Shown: piece after piece, positions 1 through 11,391 of the stretch
Position numbering within the stretch: the first letter of the stretch is position 1
Layout: each line of letters starts with the position of its first letter
Source: Massalongia carnosa
Lineage: Eukaryota
Length of the DNA: 39,028 nucleotides
NCBI GenBank assembly: GCA_965645245.1
Contig: OZ287068.1
Coordinates: 3,596,001 to 3,635,028, forward strand
Direction of reading: 5' to 3'
Made by a program: the position numbers and the translations under genes
Notes under the pieces: generated by a model
The model's input: the letters and a program-made list of their open reading frames with translations, nothing else
The model's database searches: none
Told to the model about the DNA's origin: nothing

Positions 1-53
1 CGGCATGTAGAGCAGTTAGTAGCGTATCTTCGACAATCATCCTTCATGGACAT

Positions 54-1784
54 TCAGAAATAGTTTTCCAGCATTTTGGCATACATGCCTCGATACCCGG
101 GGTGTCCTTGCATCGGGGGATTATGATGATCCGATAAAAGACGCAGCTTCAGCTTGTCGAAATTCGGAATGAAGAGGCGTGTTTTGTAGTATAGTCTTTC
201 GTGACGGACTTCCAAGTCACCCATCGCCAGTCTCAGCCCGTTGCTTAGAATTTTATCGGGCAATTTCTTCAGATTTTCCAACTTAGCCTTCATGACTTCC
301 TGAATCATTGCGTCTTCTTGATATGCCTCCGCTAAAAGATTTTCTAATAATTCATCAGGCTTTTCTGCATCCGAATCATCATTCGAATTGATTGTGAACT
401 CCTCTACCGTCAAGTCCTCTACTTCCTCATCCCTGATTTGATCGGATGAGTCAGTAGTAATGTTGTCTTCAACCCGTTCTCGATTGGCCATGGATCTGGT
501 TGTCACGTACAGCTTCAGGTCCTGTTTCACTTCATCGTCCAGCTGATTTTCTTTTAGCAGCACCTGATATTGATATCTGGTGCGATCATCCTCCGCGTCC
601 ATCGGCAGATCTTGCTCTCTTCTGGTAAGGGCATCCGGTTTGCCCTCTTGCTTGCCTGGTCTATACATAATGCGAAAATTATATTCCGCCAGCATCTCAG
701 CCCAACGCACTTGACGGCGATTTAGTTGTTTCAAAGTCATGAAGGTCTCCAGATTCTTATGATCTGAGTAGACCTTTGTTGATTGCTCCACTCCCGCTAG
801 CTCCGGTCTCCAGATGACGAAACTTTCTACGATGGCTAGGAGTTCTTTATCGTAGATCTCATAATTGCATTCGGCGGGGCTCATCTTCTTCGAGAAATAA
901 GCCACGGGTTTCAGAACGACTTCATGCATCTGAGAGAGTATCCCCGATACTACGAAGTCAGATGCGTCTGTCTCCACCCAGGTCTCTAGCCTTGGGTCGT
1001 AATGAGCAAGAATCGGCGCAGAGGTAAAAGAAATCTTCATGTCTTCGAAAGCTTGCTGACATTCAGTGGTCCACACGAAGTCTTGATACTTGGTGCGTCT
1101 CTTTCCGCCTTTCGTGACATATTGCTCTCCGCGGGTTAGCTCGGTCAGACACTTCACCTTTTCGGAGAATCGCTCAATGAAGCGACGATAGAAGTTAGCG
1201 AATCCAAGAAAGGACTGCACCTCTTTTACTGACGCGGGCGTCTTCCATTCTAATATGGCCGTCACCTTTTCTGGGTCCATTCTAACGCCATTCACCCCCA
1301 CGAACATTCCGAGGTACTTGACTTCGGAGACAGAGAATTCACACTTGTCTATGTCCAGTTGAAGTCCTCTTTCTTTCAGACGACGAAGTACCTTCAGTAC
1401 CTGCTCGATGTGCTCCGTTTCTGTTTCACTGAACACCAGTACGTCGTCCAGATAGGCGGTGACGAAATAATCTAAGTATTCTCGCAGGGAGTTATTGATA
1501 TAGCTCTGAAATGTTGATGGAGCGTTGCATAGTCCGAAGGGCATCACAAGATATTCAAATTGACCGTATCGAGTATTGAACGCCGTGAGCCACTCTTGTC
1601 CCTCTTTAATCCTCATCCTATTGAATGCATGAATGACGTCCAATTTAGTAAACCACTTTGCTTTGGCGAGTTTCGCCAATATCTCGCTAATCAATGGAAT
1701 GGGGTATCGACTTTTCTCCGTGATATTATTCAGATCTCGATAATCTACGCAAAAGCGAAGACCCCCGCCTGGTTTCCTGACCAA
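54..1784 (-). pseudogene. Gypsy A pol: reverse transcriptase, RNase H and integrase zinc-finger start
   Basis: Motifs [26 protein letters not shown] and [11 protein letters not shown]. The HHCC finger continues through a TGA stop at 54-56 into CSTC. Confidence 0.95.
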
Positions 1785-1853
1785 TAGTACCGGCGCGGCC
1801 GCCTTTGACGAGCTCGGACGAATAAACCCTTTTGCTAAGTGCTCATCTAGATA

Positions 1854-2789
1854 TTATCTTACCGCGGTCAATTCCTGTTCGGACATGGGCCGAAAACTCT
1901 TGATGAACGGGGGCTCGATCCCGGGCATCAAATTGATTTCGTGATCCTCTTTTCGATGAGGTGCCAACTCGTCTGCCTTAGCCCTCATGAAGACTTCAAT
2001 CTCGCCATGAGAGGCCTCGGGTACTCGTTTTTTCAATTCTTCCAGAGTATATTCGACTTTGTCTTTCATGAACTTCTCATGATCGTCGCTGGTGATACTT
2101 GAAGCAGTCAGAAGCTTCTTCTCGTACCTATCTAACTTCTTGTTGAGCTTTTCCCTCGGATAGAAACAGTAAGTCTGATGACCCGATCTTCGAAGAAGTT
2201 TCATAAATCGCTTTGGGGTGAGGGACTGAATATCGAAATTTTCAAAGGCCTCGTTCTTTGCTGAGGCAGTCGTTTCCTTCTCCAAGATTGTGGATTCAAA
2301 TTTTGAGACTGAATGAGATCGAGGTGTGCATCCCTTACTGACGCACCGATTGGAGAACGTCATGGTGCGTTCAACCCAATCAATGTGAGGGTTATGCTCC
2401 TGCAGCCATCCATCACCGATGATCAAGGTATGATTACCTATGTCGGCCAGATAGCAGAATAACTTTTCTTCATGATCTCCGATTCTGACGGGAACGATAA
2501 CGGCCTTATCAATGATTTGATGGACTTTTCCATCCCCAAGTTCCAGTCTGACCCTGTCTCTTTTTTTTAGTCTAATGGTCTCTAGTTTTCTTTTGCGCGC
2601 AAAGGATTCATGAAGAAATTGAGCTTCACTTCCGTTATCGATCATCAACTGATTTTCATTAGAGGCTATACTACATCTAAATAAAAGATGCTTGCCCGGA
2701 ACGAGATGATCGACAGAAAGAACAGATGCTCTAACAACCCTTAATGAAACTTCTCGACATTCCTGATGGCGACTATCATCAGGAATCAT
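1854..2789 (-). pseudogene. Gypsy A pol N-terminus: aspartic protease
   Basis: LMIDNGS (DSG-like) and IIGDGWLQEHNPHIDW motifs. Same frame as the RT ORF, separated by one stop at 1854-1856. Confidence 0.88.
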
Positions 2790-2798
2790 TCTTTTTCC
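2759..2798 (-). promoter_or_regulatory. Putative -1 ribosomal frameshift signal at the gag/pol junction of element A
   Basis: Minus-strand GGAAAAA (2798-2792), a 5-nt spacer, then a perfect 10-bp stem (2759-2768 with 2777-2786). pol is in the -1 frame relative to gag, which ends SEKE*. Confidence 0.7.
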
Positions 2799-2985
2799 GA
2801 GTCCTCGGACTCGGATGAGTCTTCTCGAATGGCGACTCTACTGAGATTCACTGCTTGCCTAATGCAACAGGGGTCTCGGCCCCTATGCCCTGATCCTCTG
2901 CACGACCAACATCGGCCCTGTAGTGACAGAGTCTCTCGTTCCCCGTCCTCCAACTTGGGCGGGTGAAGCGTCCCCTCGTACCAAG
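2787..2985 (-). pseudogene. Gypsy A gag C-terminus with zinc knuckle
   Basis: Hand translation gives QGRCWSCRGSGHRGRDPCC...DSEKE*. Confidence 0.8.
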
Positions 2986-3977
2986 TGTAATGGGCTACGA
3001 GACCAGTAAGCTATTCACAAGCGACACTGATCTCGAAAGGGGAAATGCTCAGAGTGAGAGGAGGAAGATAGCTACTACGTGCTAGTCTCCGAGAGTATAT
3101 GTGATCCAAAGCTAAAGGTAGTGGAATTGCTTAGACCAAGAGATCTCGTCCGAGACCCACACGTAGGTTGTTCATAGAATAAAGACTGATTGCTAACGAA
3201 TACTACAAGATTCGTTCTGATATTTATCCTACTCACCCCAAGCCTATAGCCTTGGGAGCCTTGGAACCTTAGGAGCCTTGCAAGCCTTGGGAGTCTTGCG
3301 AGCATTACAGCCTTGCAATCCACATCCGACTTTATCGCATTACATCCAACCATCCCTCAGGATCCATCCACGAACTCGGCGTTCGCTGGATCATCTAGTC
3401 AGCCTCGAGCAGCCTTTTAGATCTTCCCTTGCAAGGTAGAACAATTCTACCCCCGGCTAGATCCCTCACTACATGCCTCAGGCTATGTAGCTTCATTTCG
3501 CCGTCACCACTACCTAGTGATGGAAGGTTACCTCCGACTGAATACCTTGCTACACTGCGGACCTGCCTCTAGACACAAGGTCTAGACAACGAGGTCATGT
3601 AGGTTCATTCAGCCGACATCACTACCAACGTAGTAATAAAGATTGAAGCTGAAGTTTACACCGGGGAGCCAACCTCTCTTGAACCATCAAGAGATCCAGT
3701 AGCTCCGAGTAGGCCAGTAGATCCCATATAGAGTTCCTTGGCGTCTCCACAGGAGTCCGCCTTACACTCCATGGCAATCTACCACCACGGCCTCGACATG
3801 TGTTTGATCTGTAAGTAGTCAAGAACGTGATAACAATAACTCCGAAGTTTCGGGGCAAGATGGCAGTGTGTCAGCCTCGACGGCTTATGCGACTTCGTAC
3901 TACGGCACGGTCCACGCTAGTTAATCCCGCAACCGCCATAGGCGATCACGTATCCCTCTAGCGCCATCCGTATTACA
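2986..3977. mobile_element. Solo LTR, 992 bp (family M, copy 1), inserted in gag of element A
   Basis: TGTAAT...ATTACA termini and 5-bp TSD CCAAG (2981-2985, 3978-3982). Nearly identical to 12843-13872. Confidence 0.95.
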
Positions 3978-3982
3978 CCAAG

Positions 3983-5219
3983 CTCCTACCCATCCTTCCG
4001 GTTTGGTCGAGACCTGTCCGAATTTCGAGTTCGGGTTGGCGGAGATGGCGGAGTTGGTCGTAGTCGCTTTTGGTTTGACTGTGATCGAGGTACTGGAGGT
4101 GGCGGTCGTGGTTTTGTTTAAACCACGACCGACGGAAGAAGAAGGAGAAGTCGTCGTTTTCGCGGGCTTCTGAGATTCCGACTTCGCGTACTTCTGATTC
4201 ATCTCCTTTCTTCCCTGTTCGATTTTCCTGGCTTCATGCAAGAGGGTTTCTAGACTGATGAAGTCCCGTCCCAATAGAGACAGCGCGATGTTCGGCCGCA
4301 GGGTGTCCTTGAACGTCTCAATTCTCTCATCCGCGGGGGTTTTTGCACGTTGCTAGAGTTTGAACATTCGATGATAGTATTCTGTCACCGTTTCATCTTT
4401 GTTCATGCTTATTTCTTTCAATTCCTTCTTCGCGTCCTTTGTCAAATATGCTATCCCGAGATAGCTCTCAATTTCCTTGAAGAACGTATTCAAAGAGAGA
4501 GTGGGACCGGCATCCACTACCCAGGTGTGTATGGCGTCGAAAATGGGATTCTTCATCTGCGATAAGGCGTAGTCGATTTTCAACTCCTCACTTGTATACA
4601 TTGGGGAGTCGGTTCTGATTTTTCTTTCCACCGTAAACGCCCATGCACTATAGGCGTCTGAGTAGGAACCGTCGAGGGCCTCCTTCGGGTTGGTGCCTTT
4701 GGGTCGATAATTGCTTAAGGGGGCAGCGACGGCGGATTGATCTTCAGTTTGACCAGTCGATGAGGTCGACATCTGAGTAGCTTCGCGAGCTAGACGTTTC
4801 ATCTCTGATATTTCACGAATGAGGTCCGAGTTTTCCGCTTTAACCTTCTGAGTCTCCAATTTTTCAGCCGCGATATCCTCCTCAAATACTAGTCTCTCGT
4901 GATCCCAGCTCTTTATCATTCGGGTCCATTCTGCCTGTAGACCTTTTAGATATTTGTTTCTTTTTTTCAAGTCCTGATATTTCTCGATCAAGACCTCATG
5001 TTGTAGGAGCGTGCCGGCTAGAACAGTGTACCATATGTCGCCGTCTCCCTTTAGGACGAGGGCCCTTCTCAACTCTTCTCGATTGGCCACCTTGATAATC
5101 ATAGCTGATTTCGACGGATTGCTTTCCGTCAGACTTCGATAAATGGCATAATTGTTTATGTCGATTTTCGATTCTGAGGTCGGGGCATCGATCTTCGGTT
5201 CCCTGCCTTTGTCTTTGTT
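3983..5219 (-). pseudogene. Gypsy A gag (fragmented; ORFs 4353-5285 and 3921-4274)
   Basis: Retrotransposon gag-like segment (KIDYALSQMK...ETVTEYYHRM) lying upstream of the knuckle and pol. Confidence 0.8.
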
Positions 5220-5429
5220 TGTCGGCAAAACAGTGTGATTGTAGGTCTGAAGATTGTGTGAGGGATAAAACGAGTTCAATTTCAATAGCCTAGTTCTACA
5301 CCAAAATCTTCAGACGAAGTCTAAAAGCTTTACTCGGGCGGAGTTCTATATAACCCCTGAAAAGTCGGTTCCTCGGCACATTACCTAATCGATGCTAGTC
5401 TGATGTCAGGTGACCTCAGGACCCTGACA
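5220..5429 (-). mobile_element. 210-bp LTR with non-matching flanks, joining Gypsy A gag to LINE RT
   Basis: Minus-strand TGTCAG...CCGACA with a TATATA box. Flanks TTGTT and CAGAA differ. Confidence 0.7.
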
Positions 5430-5984
5430 CAGAAAGCGGAGATGCGTTGATCGTGTTCATGTTCTTTAAGACGTCGTCGTGCCTTCGCCTGCAAGTGAGC
5501 TAGATGCAGCTGAATTGGAGAAACGTGAGTTTCGGCTTCGATGATGATTTGCGGAGTAGCGCGAAATCCTCCGCTTATCACTCGCAGACACTCTTGCTGT
5601 ATGTCACCGAGCTGTTTGTCGATCCTCTGCGTGCCGTCGGGACGGCCATATGGCGAATACCAGACGGTAAAGCCGAAGGTAATCGCCGGTCGCACGACGG
5701 CGCTATAAACGTGTCTCGCCTTCGTAAAGCACGCTCCCCACGTAGAAGCCGTAAGCCTGGATAATGCCAAGGTCTGTGTAGCCATTTTGCCCTGTATAAA
5801 CTTTAGATGAGGGCCCCATTTAAGCTTTGAGTCGATCTGAATCCCAAGCACTCGTACCGACGGCGAAGGCGTCTTGTCCACGCCTCCTATGCACACGGCA
5901 GCCGTCATGTCGAAGCGACGATCATTTCTGGCGAGATGTAGGAGCTCGTATTTAGCAGGCGCGAAGTGCGCTCCATGACGTCTA
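5430..5984 (-). pseudogene. LINE ORF2, C-terminal part of the RT domain
   Basis: RRHGAHFAPAKYELLH, VRVLGIQIDSKLKWGPH and YSAVVRPAITFG are typical fungal LINE RT motifs. Confidence 0.88.
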
Positions 5985-6058
5985 TCCGTGCCACTCAGAT
6001 CGCTCGGGTCGCCTCGCTTAGTGCTAGCCAGCCATACAACCCAACTCAGCCATACAAC
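5985..6058. repeat. Left TIR of the Fot1-like element
   Basis: Reverse complement of 19888-19961 with about 3 mismatches. Contains a repeated CCATACAAC motif. Confidence 0.93.
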
Positions 6059-6069
6059 CCAAAATGCTA

Positions 6070-7027
6070 TTCCTCCACATACATCGGGGTTTTTTTTCAA
6101 CAATTCCTTCAGTACTTCCTCCCATCTTTTGATACTATTCATACCTTTGGTCATCTTTAACTTTCGATGAGCTTTGGTTTGTCTAGCCACCTTGCCTAGT
6201 GCCAAAGAATATCGCTTTTCCCATGCGATCATTCGATCCTTCTCCCTCTGAGCCTCCTGATTCTCTCTATCACGGATCATTGATCGAGCCTTTCGTGCAA
6301 TAAGTATCCCCCCAATCTGAAGTACCTTATTGCTCTCTCGTTTGCGTGCTTTTCGAACCGTTTCGGCCTTTGTTTGTTGATCCCATCGTTGTTCGAGAAG
6401 TTCTCCTTTTCGGACTTCCGAAACAGCCCCCTTTACAGATTTTGCTATCATTTGTGTAAGTTCATCCGAACAACGGGAATGCATCATAATGTCTGCGGCT
6501 ACTGTACTCAATTGTCTGACAGTTCTAGGGGTCTCTTGTATTAATTGAATCGACGAGGGTAGGGTAGTCTCGCGGGGGGTGGTAACCTCTCTCTGACCTT
6601 TTCAAGAACCACCTCTGGATTATATAGAACTAGGCCGGTTGTTCTCCATGCCGACGTAATCGTTGTTGATTTGAAGGCCTTTGCCCGAAAGGTGTTGAAT
6701 GCAGCTAGAAATTCCACTTTCGAGAACGTTTCATCACAGTTCTGAATTGCATCATTGACAGCCTCGGAATGCCAATGCTTTAAAGGCTGAAACACACATA
6801 TATCAAGCGGTTGTAATAAGTGAGTGGTATGTGATGGTAATCTAAATGGAATGATGTTATGAGCGTCATAATACTCTAAAAACTGACGAGTATGATGAGA
6901 TCCATGTCCATCTATAATCAACAGTCTCCATGCCCCCTTTCGAATGTTTCGAGAGTGTTTGTCGAAGTGTATAATCTATTGCAAGGCCAGCAAGTCATTT
7001 CAATAACCTGATTCAGCAGTCGTAATA
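6070..7027 (-). pseudogene. Fot1-like transposase, DDE core and C-terminus
   Basis: LIIDGHGSHH and HTTHLLQPLDICVFQPLKH motifs. Stops near 7001 and at 6976-6978, frameshift near 6550. Confidence 0.9.
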
Positions 7028-7276
7028 TGTTGAAATAGGTACATGACTATTGCTATAAGGCTATATAATAATAAAGGTATGTATGACCATGATGTTAAGG
7101 ATGAAGAGTTGCTAGGTAGCAATCTTTTCCTATTATTAGTCACCCCCTTCTAAGCGAGATGATATTATCTTATCTTGGGACTAAGCCTAATGCGGCATCT
7201 ACGGTTTCCGTAGATGATCTGTCTATCTAGGGCAGCCGTAGGTGCTTTGTTCATTGTACTGATAGGTGTTCATTGT

Positions 7277-7772
7277 TATAAGAGGGATAGTAGACACTAG
7301 TCCTTATGGGTTATAAAGCTCAGTGTGACTGCTAATAGATTGGTAGGTGCTAAAGCTAAAAGCTGATTCCCTGAAGATGGGAATCGAGCTTTCTATATAC
7401 TCCTTGGGGTCCTATTTACTAACTACTTATCTGGTTACCTGTCTGCCTTGTTGCCTTTAGCTAAGGTCTAGTAGATAGACTTGCTGCCTTCAGCTGAGGT
7501 CTAGCAGATAACCTTGTTGCCTTCAGCTGAGGTCTAGCAGATAGCCTTGTTGCCTTCAGCTGAGGTCTCCTAGGCGTCCCAGGCCTCCCATAAGATCGAG
7601 GCTTATCTTAATAGCTTCAGTTGCTGCCTAATAAACTGGTAAGGCTGATTGCTGATGGCTTAGTATTGCTATCCGCCTTATCATGACTAAGCATCCGGAT
7701 TATCAGTCACCCGGTCTTCTTGGGTGAGTCATCCCAGGAGCTAGCGCAGTCCTGTATTGCCGCGCTATTACA
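7277..7772 (-). repeat. 3' LTR of Gypsy B
   Basis: Direct repeat of 18237-18732 with about 15 substitutions counted by eye. Contains 33-bp tandem units and is preceded on the minus strand by PPT AGAAGGGAGGTAAT. Confidence 0.95.
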
Positions 7773-7973
7773 ATTACCTCCCTTCTAGTAATGAGCTCCT
7801 GCGAAATTCATCCCAGATAGTTCGTGCGTTCAGCCCATCATCGCGTGGTAATTGCAAGCGGTTAATCGTGCCGATGGCTTTAACGTCGATGGCCGCTTGA
7901 ATGCAGGCTAGCAAGAGTTGGGATTTGTAAGAGCTTGGAAGATATTAGGATAACATAACTTGATGCTCTGGCT

Positions 7974-8150
7974 CAGCCTCATTAAAAACCTCCCACCTCC
8001 CTTCTAGGGAAGGTGCCAGGAAAAGAGCTACTGGCCTGGATGGAATCGAGCATGACGCCACCGCAACACATTGCAGAGCTCCTAGCGCAGCCTCATTAAA
8101 AACCTCCAACCTTTTTTCGTGGGCAGGTGGTAGGAAAAGAGTGCTGGCCT
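7974..8150. repeat. Imperfect 63-bp direct repeat pair in the 3' UTR of Gypsy B (7974-8037, 8088-8150)
   Basis: Both copies read CAGCCTCATTAAAAACCTCC...AGGAAAAGAG...CTGGCCT. Confidence 0.75.
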
Positions 8151-8385
8151 TATTTAGTCCTCTTTGTGCGTCGTCCTGGTTCTTTCGCTAATGAGGGAGT
8201 CCTAGTGGCCTGAGGGGTGGACTTTGCTGTTGGCTTTGTAGGATTTTTCTCATGAAATTCCCTCAATAGCTTTCGTAGATGTTTGACGCCGGCGACGGGC
8301 TCCCATGTGTCTTCCGCGTCGGGATAACCTTTCCAATGCACTAGATAATATAATCCAACCGGTCGTCCGTCTTCTGCTTCTTTTG
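8150..8385 (-). pseudogene. Chromodomain C-terminal half of the Gypsy B integrase
   Basis: YYLVHWKGYPDAEDTWEP. It joins EYEVECIRDIAVYAK (ending near 11807) when the Copia element is removed. Confidence 0.9.
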
Positions 8386-8800
8386 TATTGCGGAGGCTAC
8401 GGATTATAGGGGTGGAAGTAGGAAACAACAGCAAAAAGTACGTGCGATGATCAAGCTGATCCAATGGCAGGCTACTAATAATTGATTGAAAATGACTGAG
8501 GCTATCTATGGGGGCATATAGCCCATTATATACCGCTGCCTGCCTTGAGCACTATTCTCCCACTCTCTATGTGATCGGTCAGTCAATGCTGATATGTAAG
8601 CTCGTCTTTGTCGGAGTTCCAAAGCTGACATATTTGCCTCATTATCAATCCACTGTAGAATGTTCGAATGTCTCCTAGAATATCAGACGCGGGATGTTGA
8701 TGATAAATCCCAAGGTGGCCAATCCAAATACTTCCAATAGCTAGTGCGCATTGGGGTTAGTGTCATTTTCTATAAGCAGACATCTCGGCTATCCTCAACA
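8386..8800 (-). repeat. 3' LTR of Copia K
   Basis: About 6 differences from 11392-11806. Confidence 0.95.
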
Positions 8801-8828
8801 CTCCCACTCCGAGAATGTCTGAATAACT

Positions 8829-11339
8829 TCATGCCCTCGCATATCCTCGACTATCCGTGTCGTCTCCGGGGCCCGTCCCCAGGACCATGGGCCAAATGAC
8901 CGATGTATGTTCCCCCCTCATTTCTAACCAATAATCTCTAGTCCCAGCCCGGCTCGGAGCATTCAATAACGGCCCTCCGGGCCAGTCCTCGAAGAATTCG
9001 GGGGCCGCATGCCAGCCGATTTTCTTCGTAACGGGGTTATAGACTCGATACTGTTTCGACGAATGATAACCAACAAAAATTCCCTGAAATGACACGACAT
9101 CCATTTTATCCCTTTTTTCACTGGGGATACGGGCATGCACCAAGCATCCGTAGGTTCGTATGTGATTCAGGTCCGGTTTTCGGCCATACCAGGCCTCATA
9201 CGGGGTCATTTTTCCCCCGTGAGTATTCGTTGGTAGCCGATTTCTTAAATAATTGGCTACCATCAGGGCCTCCCCCCAAAATTCTCTGGGTAATCCGGCC
9301 CATAATTGCATGGCCCTAACCATTTGCATTAGTGTCCGATTCATCCGCTCAGCGACCCCGTTTTGCTCGGGAGTGTACGGATCAGTAAATTCCATCAGAA
9401 TGCCTTCATTCAAAAGGTCTTTTTTCAGAGCATGATATTCCTTGGCATTGTCGCTCCTAATCAGGGCCAGTTTTTCCCCTGTCTCGGCTTCGAATTTCGC
9501 TTTGTATCGATAGTAATTCTCCCTCAGGCTTGATCTGGGCCCGAAATACACCTCTGACCGACGCGTGTAGTCGTCAATGAATGATAAAAAATACTGGGAC
9601 CCCTGTAAATTCATTACTTTGTACGGGCCCCAATAGTCCGAGTATGTACGTTCCCCCCGGCGTGTGGCTTTTAATGGGGGCATTCGACTGATTATTTTCG
9701 TCATTTTGGGGTATTTGCAGGTGACGCATTTTTCGCCATCATGCTGATGCTTTATTGAATTTCCGACTCCGGTGGTCAGAAATGGGAGCTTTTCAAGCCT
9801 CCCTGGTCCGACATCTCCCATTCGGGCATGCCACAAAAGATATCCGTCCCGATTCGGATTCGGAATATGCTTTTTCTTCGTCGTTATCATGTCGGTGACT
9901 AGGGCCACATCTTCTCTGGCAGGCCTCAATAAGTACGACGATCCAATCAGGACTCCCGTGGCCAGTAAGGCATCCCCTCGGGTTATTTCGACTCCATTCA
10001 GACCAAAGCGGACAGAAATTCCCTTTGTCTGAAGAGCTCGTATGGACAGAAGATTGGTGTCGAGCTCGGGGACGTATAACACCTCGGTTAATCGTATTTT
10101 CTCCCCGTTTCTCATCCGAATGAGAATATCTCCTCGACCAATTGACGAGATGACCGTTCCGTCGGCCACACGCACTGTCGTTCTAATCAACATCATGTTG
10201 ACGAATATTCCCCTATCAGGGGTCATATGTCGACTCGCTCCGGAGTCAATAACCCATTCCTTGAGTTTTTCGAGTGGGACCGCGTCATCGTTTCGAGTCA
10301 CCAGGGCAAATTCTTCCTGAGCAGGGACCGCGTCCTTATTTTGAGCCATCAGGCCAAAATCTTCGACTTCGGTAGCCGCACGGGCGTATTCCGAGTCGCT
10401 TTCTTCAGATCGGGCATCATTCTCCTGGGTCAGTCGTGCTTCGTCCGATTTCTTCGTTTTTCGGCCCCGACTCCCTGATGATTTCCCCCGCCTCTTACTA
10501 TCATTGGTTTGATAAGCATTTTCTTTTTTCCGCTTGTGCTCTCGGCCCTCATCCGTTTTCAACCATTGAAAACAGTCCGTTTTTATGTGGCCAGCCTTAT
10601 CACAATAGAAACATTTTCCAGTGAATTTTCGGCTAGATGAGGCCTTATTAGCAATTTCCGGGGTGCTTATCTCATCTTTATTTCTTGATTCCACCTCCTT
10701 ATACTTTTCTATAACCATGGTCATGGTTATTTCTCCTTTGTCTTCCAACAGGGCCCTAACCATGGCGTACGGGGTCCCGTCAATTGAATCCATCAATATT
10801 CGAGCTAGAAGAAACTCCGACGGTTCCTCCCCGGGTCGAATTTCGGCCATTACAGCAGCAATGGTTCGTAGCTCCGAAGCTATTTGTTCAACGGAGTCTG
10901 ATGGGCCGGCTTTGTAACCACAAAGCCGTCTAGAAAGAGGTATAAGGCGTGTCAGTCCGATATCCCTATGAATACGATTTAGTGTCTCCCACTGATCGTT
11001 GGCTGTGTCCAATCGGATGATGTGTTGAAGCTGTCTGTCATCTACGGCCGTCATGATGTATGTCATGGCCGTAGCATTGTTGAATTCCCATGCTTCCAGA
11101 TCACTGGGCCGAGTCTCGTCCGGGCATACTATTCGTCCAATGACGATGCTCCAGAGCTTTTTACCTATCAGGTTATTCTTCATTATCTTACTCCATGTAC
11201 GATAATTTTCCTCGGTTAGTTTGGGAACTTTAACATCCCTTACCCCTGCTCCGGACGTGATCCGACCGTCGGCCCCATCTGATCTATCCTTGACCACGAT
11301 TTCGGGGCCGGGCGTTTGTTGAGGGGTGGATGAAGACAT
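8829..11339 (-). CDS. Copia Gag-protease-integrase polyprotein, 836 aa, ending before RT
   Basis: Knuckle CFYCDKAGHIKTDC, protease WVIDSGASRHM, LWHARMG, and integrase IRSDNAKEY and TPEQNGVAERMNR. No YVDD motif. Confidence 0.92.
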   Translation of the reverse strand: MSSSTPQQTPGPEIVVKDRSDGADGRITSGAGVRDVKVPKLTEENYRTWSKIMKNNLIGKKLWSIVIGRIVCPDETRPSDLEAWEFNNATAMTYIMTAVDDRQLQHIIRLDTANDQWETLNRIHRDIGLTRLIPLSRRLCGYKAGPSDSVEQIASELRTIAAVMAEIRPGEEPSEFLLARILMDSIDGTPYAMVRALLEDKGEITMTMVIEKYKEVESRNKDEISTPEIANKASSSRKFTGKCFYCDKAGHIKTDCFQWLKTDEGREHKRKKENAYQTNDSKRRGKSSGSRGRKTKKSDEARLTQENDARSEESDSEYARAATEVEDFGLMAQNKDAVPAQEEFALVTRNDDAVPLEKLKEWVIDSGASRHMTPDRGIFVNMMLIRTTVRVADGTVISSIGRGDILIRMRNGEKIRLTEVLYVPELDTNLLSIRALQTKGISVRFGLNGVEITRGDALLATGVLIGSSYLLRPAREDVALVTDMITTKKKHIPNPNRDGYLLWHARMGDVGPGRLEKLPFLTTGVGNSIKHQHDGEKCVTCKYPKMTKIISRMPPLKATRRGERTYSDYWGPYKVMNLQGSQYFLSFIDDYTRRSEVYFGPRSSLRENYYRYKAKFEAETGEKLALIRSDNAKEYHALKKDLLNEGILMEFTDPYTPEQNGVAERMNRTLMQMVRAMQLWAGLPREFWGEALMVANYLRNRLPTNTHGGKMTPYEAWYGRKPDLNHIRTYGCLVHARIPSEKRDKMDVVSFQGIFVGYHSSKQYRVYNPVTKKIGWHAAPEFFEDWPGGPLLNAPSRAGTRDYWLEMRGEHTSVIWPMVLGTGPGDDTDSRGYARA

Positions 11340-11379
11340 TTCGAGTCGATTTTCAGACTGTTTTTCCTATTGGCTGACC

Positions 11380-11391
11380 GGGCTCATAACC
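11380..11391 (-). promoter_or_regulatory. Copia primer-binding site
   Basis: GGTTATGAGCCC directly after the 5' LTR, the copia-type PBS for an initiator-Met tRNA fragment. Confidence 0.85.

Larger units (their letters stand above)
1..5219 (-). mobile_element. Ty3/Gypsy LTR retrotransposon A (degenerate, runs off the left edge, interrupted by a solo LTR)
   Basis: Minus-strand order is gag (3983-5219, 2787-2985), protease, RT, RNase H, then the start of integrase. Internal stops and frameshifts are present. Confidence 0.93.

Noticed and set aside
3075..3858. Short ORFs inside solo LTRs and antisense to pol genes throughout the window
   Set aside because: They have no recognisable motifs and are explained as chance ORFs in LTRs or shadows of real coding strands.
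5381..6511. 376-aa ORF that looks like a transposase-RT fusion protein
   Set aside because: It is accidental read-through from the transposase tail across the TIR into LINE RT and then an LTR. The junctions coincide with element boundaries.
7274..7280. TGTTATA as the LTR boundary of Gypsy B
   Set aside because: That boundary gives no TSD. The boundary at 7277 gives ATTGT on both sides and equal 496-bp LTRs.
7446..7570. 33-bp repeats resembling a CRISPR array
   Set aside because: They are head-to-tail tandem units with no unique spacers, lie inside an LTR and recur in the other LTR.
8150..8464. Stand-alone chromodomain gene
   Set aside because: The N-terminus is Copia LTR sequence, and the domain is the severed end of the Gypsy B integrase.
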